The notes beneath the pieces are model-generated. The model worked only from the letters and a program-made list of their open reading frames with translations, was not told the DNA's origin and made no database searches. The position numbers and the translations under genes were made by a program. Positions 1-9,798 of a stretch of DNA of 64,000 nucleotides are shown here, piece by piece. Each line of letters begins with the position of its first letter. Positions within the stretch are counted from its first letter, which is position 1. Source of the stretch: Thermoleophilia bacterium (GTDB taxonomy: Bacteria; Actinomycetota; Thermoleophilia; Miltoncostaeales; Miltoncostaeaceae); NCBI GenBank assembly GCA_050250915.1, contig JBFWNT010000018.1:6591-70590 (forward strand). Direction: 5' to 3'.

Positions 1-344
1 CGCGAGCAGGACACGCAGCGGACGGCGTCGGGCAGCGCCTTGAGACGCCCCTCGGAGATCTCCTCGCCGCAGTCGACGCAGATCCCGTAGGTCCCTGCGT
101 CGATGGCCGCGAGGGCGGCCTTCAGTCGCTCCTCCCGCTCCTTCCACCGCAGCTGGTCGCGCAGCTCGCGCTCGCGCTGGTCGGCGTCGGTCGCTGCTTC
201 GGCGGGGTGGTGGTGGCCGTCGGATGCCCCCTCGGCGTCGCGCGCCAGGTCGCGGTGCGCGAGCGCGGCGGTCACCTCCGCGCGCAGCCGCTCCAGGCGC
301 TCGAGACGCTCCTCGCCGCTGGAGCCGTTGGCGTCGGATGGCAT
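1..344 (-). CDS. TraR/DksA C4-type zinc finger protein (3' end runs off the window)
   Basis: Manual minus-strand translation from ATG 344: coiled-coil then GTYGICVDCGEEISEGRLKALPDAVRCVSC (C4 zinc finger). Not in the supplied ORF track. Confidence 0.85.
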   Translation of the reverse strand, partial: MPSDANGSSGEERLERLERLRAEVTAALAHRDLARDAEGASDGHHHPAEAATDADQRERELRDQLRWKEREERLKAALAAIDAGTYGICVDCGEEISEGRLKALPDAVRCVSCS

Positions 345-424
345 CCGGCGATCGTAGCGGGCCGCGCGGCGTCGTCCACCGGCGCCGCGCTAGCCTGCGC
401 CTCCACGCGGGCGGAGGAGGCGTG

Positions 425-1420
425 ATGGCGGACGGACCGGCGGTCGAGACCCAGGGGCTCGAGCGGGTCTTCAAGGGCGGGATCCGCGCGGTCGACGGCG
501 TGGATCTGGTGGTGGAGCGCGGCGAGGTGTTCGGGTTCCTCGGGCCGAACGGCGCCGGGAAGAGCACCACGGTGCGGATGCTCGCCACCCTGCTGCGGCC
601 GACGGGCGGCACGGCCCGCGTCGCCGGGCACGACCTGGTCCACGACGCCGCGTCGGTGCGGCGGTCGATCGGCGTCGCACTGCAGGACGCGGCGATCGAC
701 CCATACATGACGGGCCGCGAGCTGCTGCACCTGCAGTCGGTCCTCCACGGCTTCTCCCGCGAGCACGGGCGGCGCCGGGCCGTGGAGCTGCTGGGGCGGG
801 TCGACCTGGAGGACGCCGCCGACCGGCGGGTGGGCACCTACTCCGGCGGGATGCGGCGGCGGCTCGACCTCGCGCTCGCACTGGTCCACGCCCCCGAGGT
901 GCTGTTCCTGGACGAGCCCACCACCGGCCTCGACCCCATCTCGCGCCTCACGCTCTGGGAGGAGGTGCGCCGCCTCAACGCCGAGTCCGGCACCACCGTG
1001 TTCCTCACCACCCAGTACCTGGAGGAGGCCGACCAGCTGGCGGGGCGGGTGGCGATCATCGACGGCGGGCGGATCGTGGCCGAGGGCACGCCGAAGACCC
1101 TGAAGGCGCAGGTGGGCGACCCGACGCTCCACGTGACCCTGGCCGACCCCGAGCAGGCCCGGGCCGCCGCGACGGCGCTGAGGCCGCTGGGCGAGCTCGT
1201 GCCGAGCCGGCCGGGCGCGGTCGCCATGCGGCTGAAGGAGGGGGCCTCGGGGCTGCCGGCGGTCGTCCGGGCCCTCGACGACGCCGGCGTGCAGGTGGCC
1301 GCCCTGGACGTGGCCGAGCCGAGCCTCGACGACGTCTTCGTGGCCAAGACCGGCCGCAGCCTGGACGCCGAGGGCGACGAGCTCCCGCCCCAGCACGCGC
1401 CGGCCCCGGCGCCCGGGTAG
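425..1420 (+). CDS. ABC exporter ATP-binding subunit (DrrA-like)
   Basis: Walker A GPNGAGKST, signature YSGGMRRR, Walker B LFLDEPT; start at ATG 425 (or GTG 422) after GGAGG. Confidence 0.93.
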   Translation: MADGPAVETQGLERVFKGGIRAVDGVDLVVERGEVFGFLGPNGAGKSTTVRMLATLLRPTGGTARVAGHDLVHDAASVRRSIGVALQDAAIDPYMTGRELLHLQSVLHGFSREHGRRRAVELLGRVDLEDAADRRVGTYSGGMRRRLDLALALVHAPEVLFLDEPTTGLDPISRLTLWEEVRRLNAESGTTVFLTTQYLEEADQLAGRVAIIDGGRIVAEGTPKTLKAQVGDPTLHVTLADPEQARAAATALRPLGELVPSRPGAVAMRLKEGASGLPAVVRALDDAGVQVAALDVAEPSLDDVFVAKTGRSLDAEGDELPPQHAPAPAPG

Positions 1421-2202
1421 TGCGGCTCGCGCTCGCACAGACCGGGGCGCTCGCCCGACGGGCGATCGTCGACACCCTGCGGACCCCGCAGGCCCTGTTC
1501 CCCAGCCTGTTCTTCCCGCTGGTGCTCATGGCGATCTTCACCGGCTCGTTCGGCAACGCGCCCGGCGTGCTGCCCGGGTTCCCGCACGTCAACAGCTTCC
1601 TCGACTTCGCGCTGGCCGGCGCCGTGCTGCAGGGGATCCTGATCGGCGGGACCTCGGCGGGGTCGGCCTTCGCCCTGGACATCGAGGGCGGGTTCTTCGA
1701 CCGGCTGGTCGCCTCCCCGGTGTCGCGCACCGCGATCCTGGCGGGCCGTCTGCTGGGCGGCGTGACGCTCGCGATGGCCCAGACGGTGCTCTTCGTGGCG
1801 GTGGGCCTGGCCTTCGGCGCGCGGATCGAGGGCGGCCCGGTCGGCGTGGCGTCGCTGCTGCTCATCGCCGCGCTGCTGGCCACCGCGGTGAGCGGCCTGG
1901 GGATCATCCTGGCGCTGCGGACCGGCTCCGCGGAGGCGGTGCAGGGGACGTTCCCCCTGTTCTTCGCCCTCATGTTCTTCTCGTCCGCCTTCTTCCCGCG
2001 GGAGACCATGACCGGCTGGTTCCGGTGGGTCGCCGACGCCAACCCCGTCTCGTACCTGGTGGAGGGGATGCGCGACCAGATCATCGAGGCCGAGCCGGGG
2101 CGGGCGACCCTGCTGGGGCTGGCGGTGGCCGTGGCCGTCGCGGCGATCTCGATCGGCTGCTGCCACCTGGCGTACCGGAGCCGCCTGGAGGGCGACGGGT
2201 GA
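1420..2202 (+). CDS. ABC-2 type permease (DrrB-like)
   Basis: Six hydrophobic segments, DIEGGFFDRL and NPVSY motifs; start overlaps the ATPase stop. Confidence 0.9.
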   Translation: MRLALAQTGALARRAIVDTLRTPQALFPSLFFPLVLMAIFTGSFGNAPGVLPGFPHVNSFLDFALAGAVLQGILIGGTSAGSAFALDIEGGFFDRLVASPVSRTAILAGRLLGGVTLAMAQTVLFVAVGLAFGARIEGGPVGVASLLLIAALLATAVSGLGIILALRTGSAEAVQGTFPLFFALMFFSSAFFPRETMTGWFRWVADANPVSYLVEGMRDQIIEAEPGRATLLGLAVAVAVAAISIGCCHLAYRSRLEGDG

Positions 2203-2963
2203 CGACGCTGCGCGTGAGCCTGGGCCTGGCCGGCCGCAGCCTGATCCTGGTGCGGCGGATGCCGTCGGTGTTCCTGCCGGCGCTGATCATGCCGCTGTTC
2301 ATTCTCATCGCGACGTCCGGGGCGTTCCGGGGCATCTCGCTGCTGCCCCAGTTCGACGGCGTCTCGTACCTGCGCTTCACCATCCCGCTCGCCACCGTCA
2401 TGGGCGCGGGCTTCGCCGGGATGAACGCCGGCATGACCCTCGCCCGCGACATCGAGGGCGGCTTCGCCGACCGGCTCATCGCGAGCCCGGCGCCCCGGAT
2501 CACCCTGATCGTGGGCCCCCTGATCGCCGCCGCCGTCAGAAGCCTCTTCACCACCACCGTGGTGCTCATCGCGGGCCTGATCGGGGGGATCCCGCCGCCG
2601 GGGGTGTTCGGCACGCTGCTCATCTATGCGCTCGGGGTGTGCTTCTCGGCGGCGTCGGCATGCTGGTGCATGGGCGTCGCGTTCCGGGCGCGGACGATCC
2701 AGGCGGCCCCCGCCATGCAGGTCGTGATCTTCCTGTCGGTCTTCACCTCCGTGGCCTACGCGCCGCGCGAGGTGCTGCACGGCTGGCTGCGCCACGTCTC
2801 GGACGTCAACCCCGTCACCTACCTGATGGAGGCGTCGCGCGGCGCCGAGCTGCACACGCTCCACTGGGGGCTGCTGTGGCCCGGGCTGGTCGCGGGCGCC
2901 GCCCTGCTGGCCGCGCTCGGCACCTGGGCCCTCACCGGCCTGGCGTCGCTCGCCAGGAGATAG
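2199..2963 (+). CDS. ABC-2 type permease, second paralogue
   Basis: GTGA overlap with previous stop; DIEGGFADRL and NPVTY motifs; hydrophobic. Confidence 0.88.
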   Translation: MTTLRVSLGLAGRSLILVRRMPSVFLPALIMPLFILIATSGAFRGISLLPQFDGVSYLRFTIPLATVMGAGFAGMNAGMTLARDIEGGFADRLIASPAPRITLIVGPLIAAAVRSLFTTTVVLIAGLIGGIPPPGVFGTLLIYALGVCFSAASACWCMGVAFRARTIQAAPAMQVVIFLSVFTSVAYAPREVLHGWLRHVSDVNPVTYLMEASRGAELHTLHWGLLWPGLVAGAALLAALGTWALTGLASLARR

Positions 2964-2974
2964 GTTCCCGCCTC

Positions 2975-3628
2975 ATGGCCCTCGACCGCCTCGACCTCTC
3001 ACAGCCCGCACTCGCCGCGTATCTCGACGACGCGGTCGCCGTCCCCCACGAGATCGCCGCCCGCTACCGCGAGCTGGCCGGCCACGAGCGGGCCGAGATG
3101 ATGACCCACCCGGAGCTCGGCGCGCTGCTGGAGGTACTGGTGCACGTGACCGGCGGCCGCTCGGTGCTGGAGGTCGGCACGTTCGTCGGGATCTCCTCCG
3201 CCTGGATGGCGCGCGGCCTGGAGCCCACCGGGCACGTCGACACCCTGGAGATCGACGAGACCCACGCCGACATGGCCGAGGACTGGTTCGCGGCGCACGG
3301 GCTGCACGACCGCATCCAGGTGCACCGCGGCCCCGCCGCCGCCACCCTCGCGCGGCTGCCCGACGGGGTGTACGACCTCTGCTACCTCGACGCCGACAAG
3401 ACCGGCTACGCCGTGTACCTGGAGCACGCGGTGCGCCTGGTGCGGCGGGGCGGCCTGATCGTGGCCGACAACGTGCTGGCCGGCGGACGGGTCGCGCTGC
3501 CGCCGGACGAGCGCGACGCCAACGCGCGGGCGCTCGCGGGCTTCACGATGACGGCGGTCGCCCACCCCCGCCTGGCCACCGCGGTGCTCACCGTGGGCGA
3601 CGGGGTCACGCTCAGCACGGTGCTCTGA
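2975..3628 (+). CDS. O-methyltransferase (caffeoyl-CoA OMT / Methyltransf_3 family)
   Basis: VLEVGTFVGIS SAM motif, YDLCYLDADK, GGLIVADNVL. Confidence 0.9.
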   Translation: MALDRLDLSQPALAAYLDDAVAVPHEIAARYRELAGHERAEMMTHPELGALLEVLVHVTGGRSVLEVGTFVGISSAWMARGLEPTGHVDTLEIDETHADMAEDWFAAHGLHDRIQVHRGPAAATLARLPDGVYDLCYLDADKTGYAVYLEHAVRLVRRGGLIVADNVLAGGRVALPPDERDANARALAGFTMTAVAHPRLATAVLTVGDGVTLSTVL

Positions 3629-3632
3629 GCCC

Positions 3633-3833
3633 CTAGGACTCGGCCTTCTCCCGTCCCCGGAGGTACGAACGGAGGACGAACCAGCCGATGACGAAGACGC
3701 CGAAGATGATCGCCGCCACCTCCAGCGACCCGAGCGCCAGCGCCACCATCTGCCCGATGAACAGCAGCAGCACCAGCACGACCAGCGCGATCGCGAGCCG
3801 TCGCCGGCGTGCCTCCTCGTCGGCGGTGTCCAC
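3633..3833 (-). CDS. small two-TM membrane protein
   Basis: Two hydrophobic helices flanked by Arg-rich ends; GTG 3833 is the likely start. Confidence 0.7.
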   Translation of the reverse strand: MDTADEEARRRRLAIALVVLVLLLFIGQMVALALGSLEVAAIIFGVFVIGWFVLRSYLRGREKAES

Positions 3834-3907
3834 GCCCCCGAGGGTACCGGAGCCGATGTGACGGCCTGTCACCGGATTCCGGGGGACCCTCCCCTACACT
3901 CCCGCCG

Positions 3908-5038
3908 ATGCGCCCCCGGAGCCTGATCGCGACGCTCGGCGTCGCCGCGGTCGCGGCGGCGGCCCTGCCGGCGGCCGCGCCGGCCGAGGGCCCGCTGACC
4001 GGCGTGATCGGCGACATGTACTGCGTGGCCCCCACCGACGCGGCGGGCATCGACGCGATCCTGGCGGACGCCGGCAGCCCGATGGCGGGCGAGGGCGCAA
4101 CGATCGTGACCGAGGCCGCGGCGGCCGGGATCGACCCGCGCGCGATCGTCGCGATCGCCGCCCACGAGACGATGCTCGAGACCTACGGGCCGGCGGAGGC
4201 GATCCACAACCCGTTCGGACTCGGCCCCGGCATCGAGTTCCCGTCGGAGCGCGCCGCGATCGTCCGCGCCGTGTCCACGCTGGCCGGCTGGTACCTGCCG
4301 GAGGGCCGCACGACGTTCGCCACGATCGGGGCCAAGTGGGCCCCGGTGGGCGCGTCGAACGACCCCGGCGGCCTCAACCAGAACTGGACGACGGGCACCG
4401 GCACCTACTTCGCGGCGATGGGCGGCGACCCGGCGCGCGCGATCCTGCTGGCCGACCAGCAGGCGGCGCCGGCCTGCGCCGGCGCCTCGTCGCCCGCGCC
4501 GTCCGGCTCACCGGACCTGCCGACCCCCGCCCCGTCGGGCCCGCCCGTGGTGACCGCGTGGAGCGGCGCCGCCCCCGACGTGTCCGGCGCCACCGCCGCC
4601 GCCGGCGCCGACCCCGCGACGGGGCAGGCGGCGACGATCCCGGGCTTCGTCTTCCCGCTCGCCCTCCCGGAGGGCGCGCCCGCGACGTTCCGCGACCAGT
4701 TCGCCGAGCCGGGGGCGGGTCCCTCGGGCATCCAGGGCGGCCTGACCATCGCGACCGCGCCCGGCGCCCATGCCGTGGCCGTCGCCGCGGGCACGCTGCA
4801 CGCCGCCTCCCCCGCCGAGCGCGAGGCGGGCATCGCCTTCTGGCTCGACACCGGCCGGGGCGACCGGATCGGGTACGGCCCGCTGGTCGCGTACGCCGAC
4901 GGCATCGGCGAGGGCGCCGCGGTGGCCGCCGGCGCCCGCCTGGGCGACGCGCCCGCCTCCCTGCGGATCGCGTGGGAGCGGGACGGCACCCGGATCGACC
5001 CCTTCCCCCTGCTCCAGGCCACCCGCCCCTCCGCCTGA
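3908..5038 (+). CDS. secreted glucosaminidase (GH73-like) fused to a degenerate M23-like domain
   Basis: Signal peptide; IDPRAIVAIAAHET..NPFGL..KWAP..NQNW; Pro-rich linker; C-terminal M23-like pattern ending IDPFPLL. Confidence 0.72.
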   Translation: MRPRSLIATLGVAAVAAAALPAAAPAEGPLTGVIGDMYCVAPTDAAGIDAILADAGSPMAGEGATIVTEAAAAGIDPRAIVAIAAHETMLETYGPAEAIHNPFGLGPGIEFPSERAAIVRAVSTLAGWYLPEGRTTFATIGAKWAPVGASNDPGGLNQNWTTGTGTYFAAMGGDPARAILLADQQAAPACAGASSPAPSGSPDLPTPAPSGPPVVTAWSGAAPDVSGATAAAGADPATGQAATIPGFVFPLALPEGAPATFRDQFAEPGAGPSGIQGGLTIATAPGAHAVAVAAGTLHAASPAEREAGIAFWLDTGRGDRIGYGPLVAYADGIGEGAAVAAGARLGDAPASLRIAWERDGTRIDPFPLLQATRPSA

Positions 5039-5095
5039 CGGACACGCGCCCGCGGCCCGCCGTAGGCTGCGGGCATCACGCGACAGGAGGCGGTT

Positions 5096-6100
5096 GTGGA
5101 GGCGGTGGTGCTCACGGAGACCGGCGGCCCCGAGGTCCTGAGGCTCGGGCCGGCGGACGACCCTGTGGCGGGTCCCGGCCAGGTGGTGGTGGCGCTGAGG
5201 ACGGCGGCCCTGAACCGCCGTGACGTGTACGTGCGCAAGGGCGTGGCGCCCAGCCCCCTGCCGGTCATCCCCGGGTCGGACGGCGCCGGGACGGTGCGCT
5301 CGGTGGGCGCCGGCGTGTCCGGGCTCGGGGAGGGCGACGAGGTGGTCGTCTACCCGGCCCTCGGCTGGGGCGGCGGCGAGGAGGCCCCGGCGCCGGGGTT
5401 CCGCATCCTCGGCGGGCCGGACGACGGCACCTACGCGGAGCTGGTGGGCCTGCCGGCCGAGAACGTGCTGCCGAAGCCGGCGGGGCTGTCGTGGGAGGAA
5501 GCGGCGGCGCTGCCGCTCGCGGGCCTCACCGCATACCGCGCGCTGGTGAGCCGGGCGCGGATCCGGCCGGGCGAGACGGTCCTGGTGCTCGGCATCGGGG
5601 GCGGGGTGGCGACGATCGCGACGATGATGGCCCGCGCCGCCGGCTGCCGGGTGATCGTGACCTCCTCGTCGCAGGAGAAGCTCGACCGCGCCCGCGACCT
5701 GGGGGCGCACGACGGGGTGCTCTACACGCAGGACGACTGGGTGGGCGCGGTCCGCGAGCTCACCGGCGGTCGCGGCGTGGACGTCGTGGTCGATTCGGTG
5801 GGCGCGACCTGGGGCGACAGCATCGCCGCGGTCCGGCCGGGCGGCCGGGTGGTGGCGTTCGGCGGCACCGGCGGCGGCAAGGTGGAGCTGATGGTGCGGG
5901 CGCTCACCGCCGGCCAGGTCTCCCTGCTGGGCACCACGATGGGCAGCCCGCGCGACTTCGCGGGGCTCCTGGCCGCCGTCGACGTGGGCGGCTGGGCGCC
6001 GGTGATCGACTCGGTGCGGCCGCTCGCCGAGGTCGCCGACGCGCACCGGCGCGAGGAGGCCGGGGAGCACTTCGGGAAGCTGGTCCTGTCGATCGCGTGA
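5096..6100 (+). CDS. MDR-family quinone oxidoreductase / zinc-binding dehydrogenase-like protein
   Basis: GPEVL, ALNRRD, IPGSDGAG, GIGGGVA nucleotide-binding motif, HFGKLVL. Confidence 0.9.
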   Translation: MEAVVLTETGGPEVLRLGPADDPVAGPGQVVVALRTAALNRRDVYVRKGVAPSPLPVIPGSDGAGTVRSVGAGVSGLGEGDEVVVYPALGWGGGEEAPAPGFRILGGPDDGTYAELVGLPAENVLPKPAGLSWEEAAALPLAGLTAYRALVSRARIRPGETVLVLGIGGGVATIATMMARAAGCRVIVTSSSQEKLDRARDLGAHDGVLYTQDDWVGAVRELTGGRGVDVVVDSVGATWGDSIAAVRPGGRVVAFGGTGGGKVELMVRALTAGQVSLLGTTMGSPRDFAGLLAAVDVGGWAPVIDSVRPLAEVADAHRREEAGEHFGKLVLSIA

Positions 6101-6795
6101 CCGCGCCCGTCGCGGCGCTGGCCCTGGCGGCCGCGCGGCGGGCCGTCGCCCGGGCCGCGGCGGAGGGCGGCGGCGCGCCGGAGCTGTCGCTCGACCGGCT
6201 CACGGCGTGGCTGGAGGACGACCCGGAGGCGCGGGCGGCGCTGGACGCGGCGGCCGCGGAGCGCAGCCGCCGCGAGGTCCCGGAGGTCGCCGCGGACACC
6301 GGCGCCGCCGCCGCGCGGCGCGCCCGCGCCGACGAGGTGCACCACGCGGTCCACGCCCTCCGGCTCATGGGCGAGCTGGCCGCCGAGGAGCCCGATCGCC
6401 TCCAGCTCCCCGGCTTCGGCCCGAGCACGTGGCGGGCGATCGCGATCCTGCGGCGGGGCGAGCCGGGCCCGGAGGCGGACTGGGCCGCCGCCGTGGCCGA
6501 CCTGCCGCTCCAGGACCTGGGCGACGAGGCCCCTCCCGGCCTGGCGCGGCCCGCCGACCCCCGCCTGGGCGAGGGCGCCCTGCGCCTGCTGGCGCTCGAG
6601 GCGCAGCGCCAGGACGTCCGCAACGCGCTCGTGACCGCGCAGTCCTGGCGGGCGGCGGCGGCGGAGCGCGGCAACGAGGCGGGCGTGCGGATGCAGGAGG
6701 AGGAGGCCGAGGCGCTCGAGCGGGCCCTGGCCGCCGCCGACGCCGCCATCGACACGATCTGGGACGACGGGGTCCGGGCCGCCGGTCAGGCCTGA
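6097..6795 (+). CDS. hypothetical alanine-rich helical protein
   Basis: GTGA overlap with previous stop; GC3-rich codon usage; no recognisable motif. Confidence 0.6.
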   Translation: MTAPVAALALAAARRAVARAAAEGGGAPELSLDRLTAWLEDDPEARAALDAAAAERSRREVPEVAADTGAAAARRARADEVHHAVHALRLMGELAAEEPDRLQLPGFGPSTWRAIAILRRGEPGPEADWAAAVADLPLQDLGDEAPPGLARPADPRLGEGALRLLALEAQRQDVRNALVTAQSWRAAAAERGNEAGVRMQEEEAEALERALAAADAAIDTIWDDGVRAAGQA

Positions 6796-7088
6796 GCGAG
6801 CGCCGCGAGGCGGGAGGCGAGCCCGGCCGGACGGGCGAGCGCGGGCAGGTGGCCGCCGTCCATCTCGTCGGGCGTGATCCCGAGCCGCTCGCGGGCGAGC
6901 CGCCGGACGAAGGGCGCCGGGAAGAGCCGGCCGCCCCGGCAGAGCAGCACCCGCGTCGGCACCTCCGGCCGGGCGGCCGGCGGCCACGGGTCCTCCCACA
7001 TCCCCGCGGGGCCCGGCCGCTCCGCGTCCTCCCGCGACTCTGCGACGCGCGCGGGCGGGGCGACCGGCACGAGGAGGAACGCGGTCAC
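6786..7088 (-). pseudogene. internally deleted alpha/beta-hydrolase remnant
   Basis: Starts VTAFLLVP (like the MATFVLVPG N-terminus) and jumps to EVPTRVLLCR..FPAPFVRRLARERLGITPDEMDGGHLPALARP (typical C-terminus with catalytic His). Only ~100 aa, no nucleophile elbow. Confidence 0.55.
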
Positions 7089-8716
7089 GCCTCCTCCGTC
7101 ACCACGCCGTCCTCCACCCGGAGCCGGCGGGTGACCTCGACACGCTCGAGCATCCGGCGGTCGTGGGTCACCAGGAGCAGGGTGCCGGCGTAGTCGTCGA
7201 GCGCGTCCTCCAGCTGCTCGATCGCGGGGAGGTCCAGGTGGTTCGTGGGCTCGTCCAGCACCAGCAGGCTCGCCTCGCGGGCGGCCAGGGCCGCCATCAG
7301 GGCGCGGGTGCGTTCGCCCGGGGAGAGGTCGGCGGCGGGACGCTCGACGCGGTCGGCATCCAGCCCGAACTTGGCCAGCAGCGACCGCGCGTCCTGCGGT
7401 TCCAGGCCGCTGCCGCCCTGGCCCGTGAACGCGTCGATCAGGCGCGGCGCGCCGAGCATCGCGGTCCGCTCCTGGCCGATCTCGCCGGCCACCACCGACG
7501 GGCCCAGGCGCTGCGTCCCCTCGACGAGCGGCAGACGGCCCAGGAGGGCGCCGAGCAGGGTGCTCTTGCCACCTCCGTTCGGGCCCGTCACCACGATCCG
7601 GTCGCCGCGGCGCACGTGGAGGTCCACCGGGCCCAGGCGGAACGCCCCGCGGACGACGGCGGCGCCCTCGAGGTCGGCGACCGCCTCCCCGCCCCCGCCG
7701 CCCGCCAGGCGGAACTGAAGCCGCCAGCCCTCCCACGGCTTGTCCACCACCTCGAGGCGTGCGATCGCCCGCTCGGTGGCCCGCACCTTCGCCGCCTGCT
7801 GCTCCGACCGCTCCACCTTCATCGACCGGCCGACCCGGTCGTTGTCGCGCGCCTTGCGCTTCGCGTTGCGGACGCCCTCCTCCGACCACTGGCGCTGGCG
7901 CCGCACGCGATCCGCCAGACGGTCGCGCTCCGCGACGTAGCGGCCGTGGCGGGCGTAGGCCTGGTCGCGGGCGACGTCGCGCTGGCGCACGTACTCGCTC
8001 CAGCCGCCGGCGTACTCCACCACCCCGTGGTCCGGCTCCGTGATCTCCACGATGCGGTGGGCGCAGCGGTCCAGGAACGCCCGGTCGTGAGAGACGGTCA
8101 CGATCGCGCCCGGGTGGCGGTCGACGATCCGCTCCAGCAGGGCCAGCCCCGGCAGGTCCAGGTCGTTGGTGGGCTCGTCCAGCAGCAGCAGGTCCAGCCG
8201 CGCCAGCAGCAGCACCGCCAGGCCCACGCGGGCGGCCTGGCCGCCGGAGAGCGCCCGCATCGGCACGCCGATGCGGTCGGCGGGCAGGCCCACCTCGGCC
8301 ATCGCGGCGCCGGCCCGGGCGGCCAGGTCGTCCCCGCCGAGGGCCAGGAACGCCTCCAGCGCGTCCGCGTGCTCCCCCGCCAGGGCGACGTCGCCGGCGA
8401 GCCGCGCGGTCAGGTCGTCCAGGTGCCGCTCCGCCGCCGCCACCCCGGTGCGCCGCGCCAGGTGCTCCCCCACCGTCTCGTCCGCCGGCGGCCGGCCGCG
8501 CTGGTCGAGCAGCCCCACCCGCAGCGTCGGCGGCGCCCGGTGCACCGCACCCTCGTCGGGCGCGAGCTCGCCCGCCATCACCCGCAGGAGCGTCGACTTG
8601 CCGATGCCGTTGGGGCCCACGACGCCGATGCGGGCGTCGTCGGGCACCAGCAGCGACACGCCGCCCAGCGCGATGCGCGGGCCGAACGCGACCGTCACTC
8701 CCTCCAGGGTCAGCAC
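7085..8716 (-). CDS. ABC-F family ATP-binding protein
   Basis: Two NBDs (GPNGIGKST/LSGGQ/LDEPTN and GPNGGGKST/LSPGE/LDEPTNHLD), no TM segments. Confidence 0.93.
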   Translation of the reverse strand: MLTLEGVTVAFGPRIALGGVSLLVPDDARIGVVGPNGIGKSTLLRVMAGELAPDEGAVHRAPPTLRVGLLDQRGRPPADETVGEHLARRTGVAAAERHLDDLTARLAGDVALAGEHADALEAFLALGGDDLAARAGAAMAEVGLPADRIGVPMRALSGGQAARVGLAVLLLARLDLLLLDEPTNDLDLPGLALLERIVDRHPGAIVTVSHDRAFLDRCAHRIVEITEPDHGVVEYAGGWSEYVRQRDVARDQAYARHGRYVAERDRLADRVRRQRQWSEEGVRNAKRKARDNDRVGRSMKVERSEQQAAKVRATERAIARLEVVDKPWEGWRLQFRLAGGGGGEAVADLEGAAVVRGAFRLGPVDLHVRRGDRIVVTGPNGGGKSTLLGALLGRLPLVEGTQRLGPSVVAGEIGQERTAMLGAPRLIDAFTGQGGSGLEPQDARSLLAKFGLDADRVERPAADLSPGERTRALMAALAAREASLLVLDEPTNHLDLPAIEQLEDALDDYAGTLLLVTHDRRMLERVEVTRRLRVEDGVVTEEA

Positions 8717-8745
8717 GCCGTCACGGTGGCATAAGCTGCGCGGCC

Positions 8746-9798
8746 GTGGACGTCGACCTCCTCACCGCCCTCGCCGGAGCCCACGGGACGTCCGGCCAGG
8801 AGGACCGGGTCCGGGAGATCGTGCGCGCGCAGCTCGCGCCGGTGGTGGACCGGGTGGAGGTGGATCCGCTCGGCAACCTGACCGCCACGCGCGCCGGCGA
8901 CGGCCCGCGCGTGATGCTGGCCGCCCACATGGACGAGATCGGGCTGATGGTGACCCACGTGGACGACCGCGGGTTCCTGCGCGTCATCCCGATCGGCGGG
9001 TGGGACGCCCGGACGCTGGTCGACCAGCGGGTGCTGGTGCGGGGCCGCGAGGACGTGGAGGGGGTCGTCGGCACCACCCCCGTCCACCTGATCGACCCGA
9101 ACGACCGGGGCAAGAACCTGAAGGTGACCGACCTCGCGATCGATGTCGGGCTCCCGGCGGACCAGGTGAAGGAGCTCGTGCGCCCCGGCGACACGGCCAC
9201 GCGCATCCGGCCGCTCACGCGGCTCGGCGACCTGGTGACCGCGAAGAGCCTCGACGACCGCGTGGGCGTGTTCGTGATGATCGAGGCCGTGAAGGCCGCC
9301 GGCCGCTCGCCCGCGGAGCTGGTGGCGACCGCGACGGTGCAGGAGGAGGTGGGCCTGCGCGGCGCCCGGGTGGCCGCGTCCCGGGTGCGGCCGCAGATCG
9401 CCCTGGCCATCGACACCTGCCCCGCCGACGACGGCCCGGGCGGGAAGGTGGACGGCCCCACGACGAAGCTCGGGAGGGGCACGGCGATCCGGGTGATGGA
9501 CGCCAGCGCCATCGGCTCCCGCGCGCTGGTCGACTTCCTCACCTCGCTGGCGCAGGAGCTCGACATCCCGCACCAGTTCCACGTCGCCGACCGCGGCGGC
9601 ACCGACACCGGCAGCCTCCAGCTGTCGGGCGACGGCGCCATCGCGGGGTGCGTGTCGATCCCGACCCGCTACGTGCACTCCAGCGTGGAGGCGTGCCACC
9701 CCGACGACATCCAGGCGTCGATCGACCTGGTGGCGGCCTTCGTGGAGCGGATCGGCGAGCTGGGGATCCCGGCGCTGCCCGCGCCGGACACGCGCTAG
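8746..9798 (+). CDS. M42 family metallopeptidase
   Basis: AAHMDEIG, KSLDDRVG, QEEVGLRGA, RYVHS motifs. Confidence 0.93.
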   Translation: MDVDLLTALAGAHGTSGQEDRVREIVRAQLAPVVDRVEVDPLGNLTATRAGDGPRVMLAAHMDEIGLMVTHVDDRGFLRVIPIGGWDARTLVDQRVLVRGREDVEGVVGTTPVHLIDPNDRGKNLKVTDLAIDVGLPADQVKELVRPGDTATRIRPLTRLGDLVTAKSLDDRVGVFVMIEAVKAAGRSPAELVATATVQEEVGLRGARVAASRVRPQIALAIDTCPADDGPGGKVDGPTTKLGRGTAIRVMDASAIGSRALVDFLTSLAQELDIPHQFHVADRGGTDTGSLQLSGDGAIAGCVSIPTRYVHSSVEACHPDDIQASIDLVAAFVERIGELGIPALPAPDTR

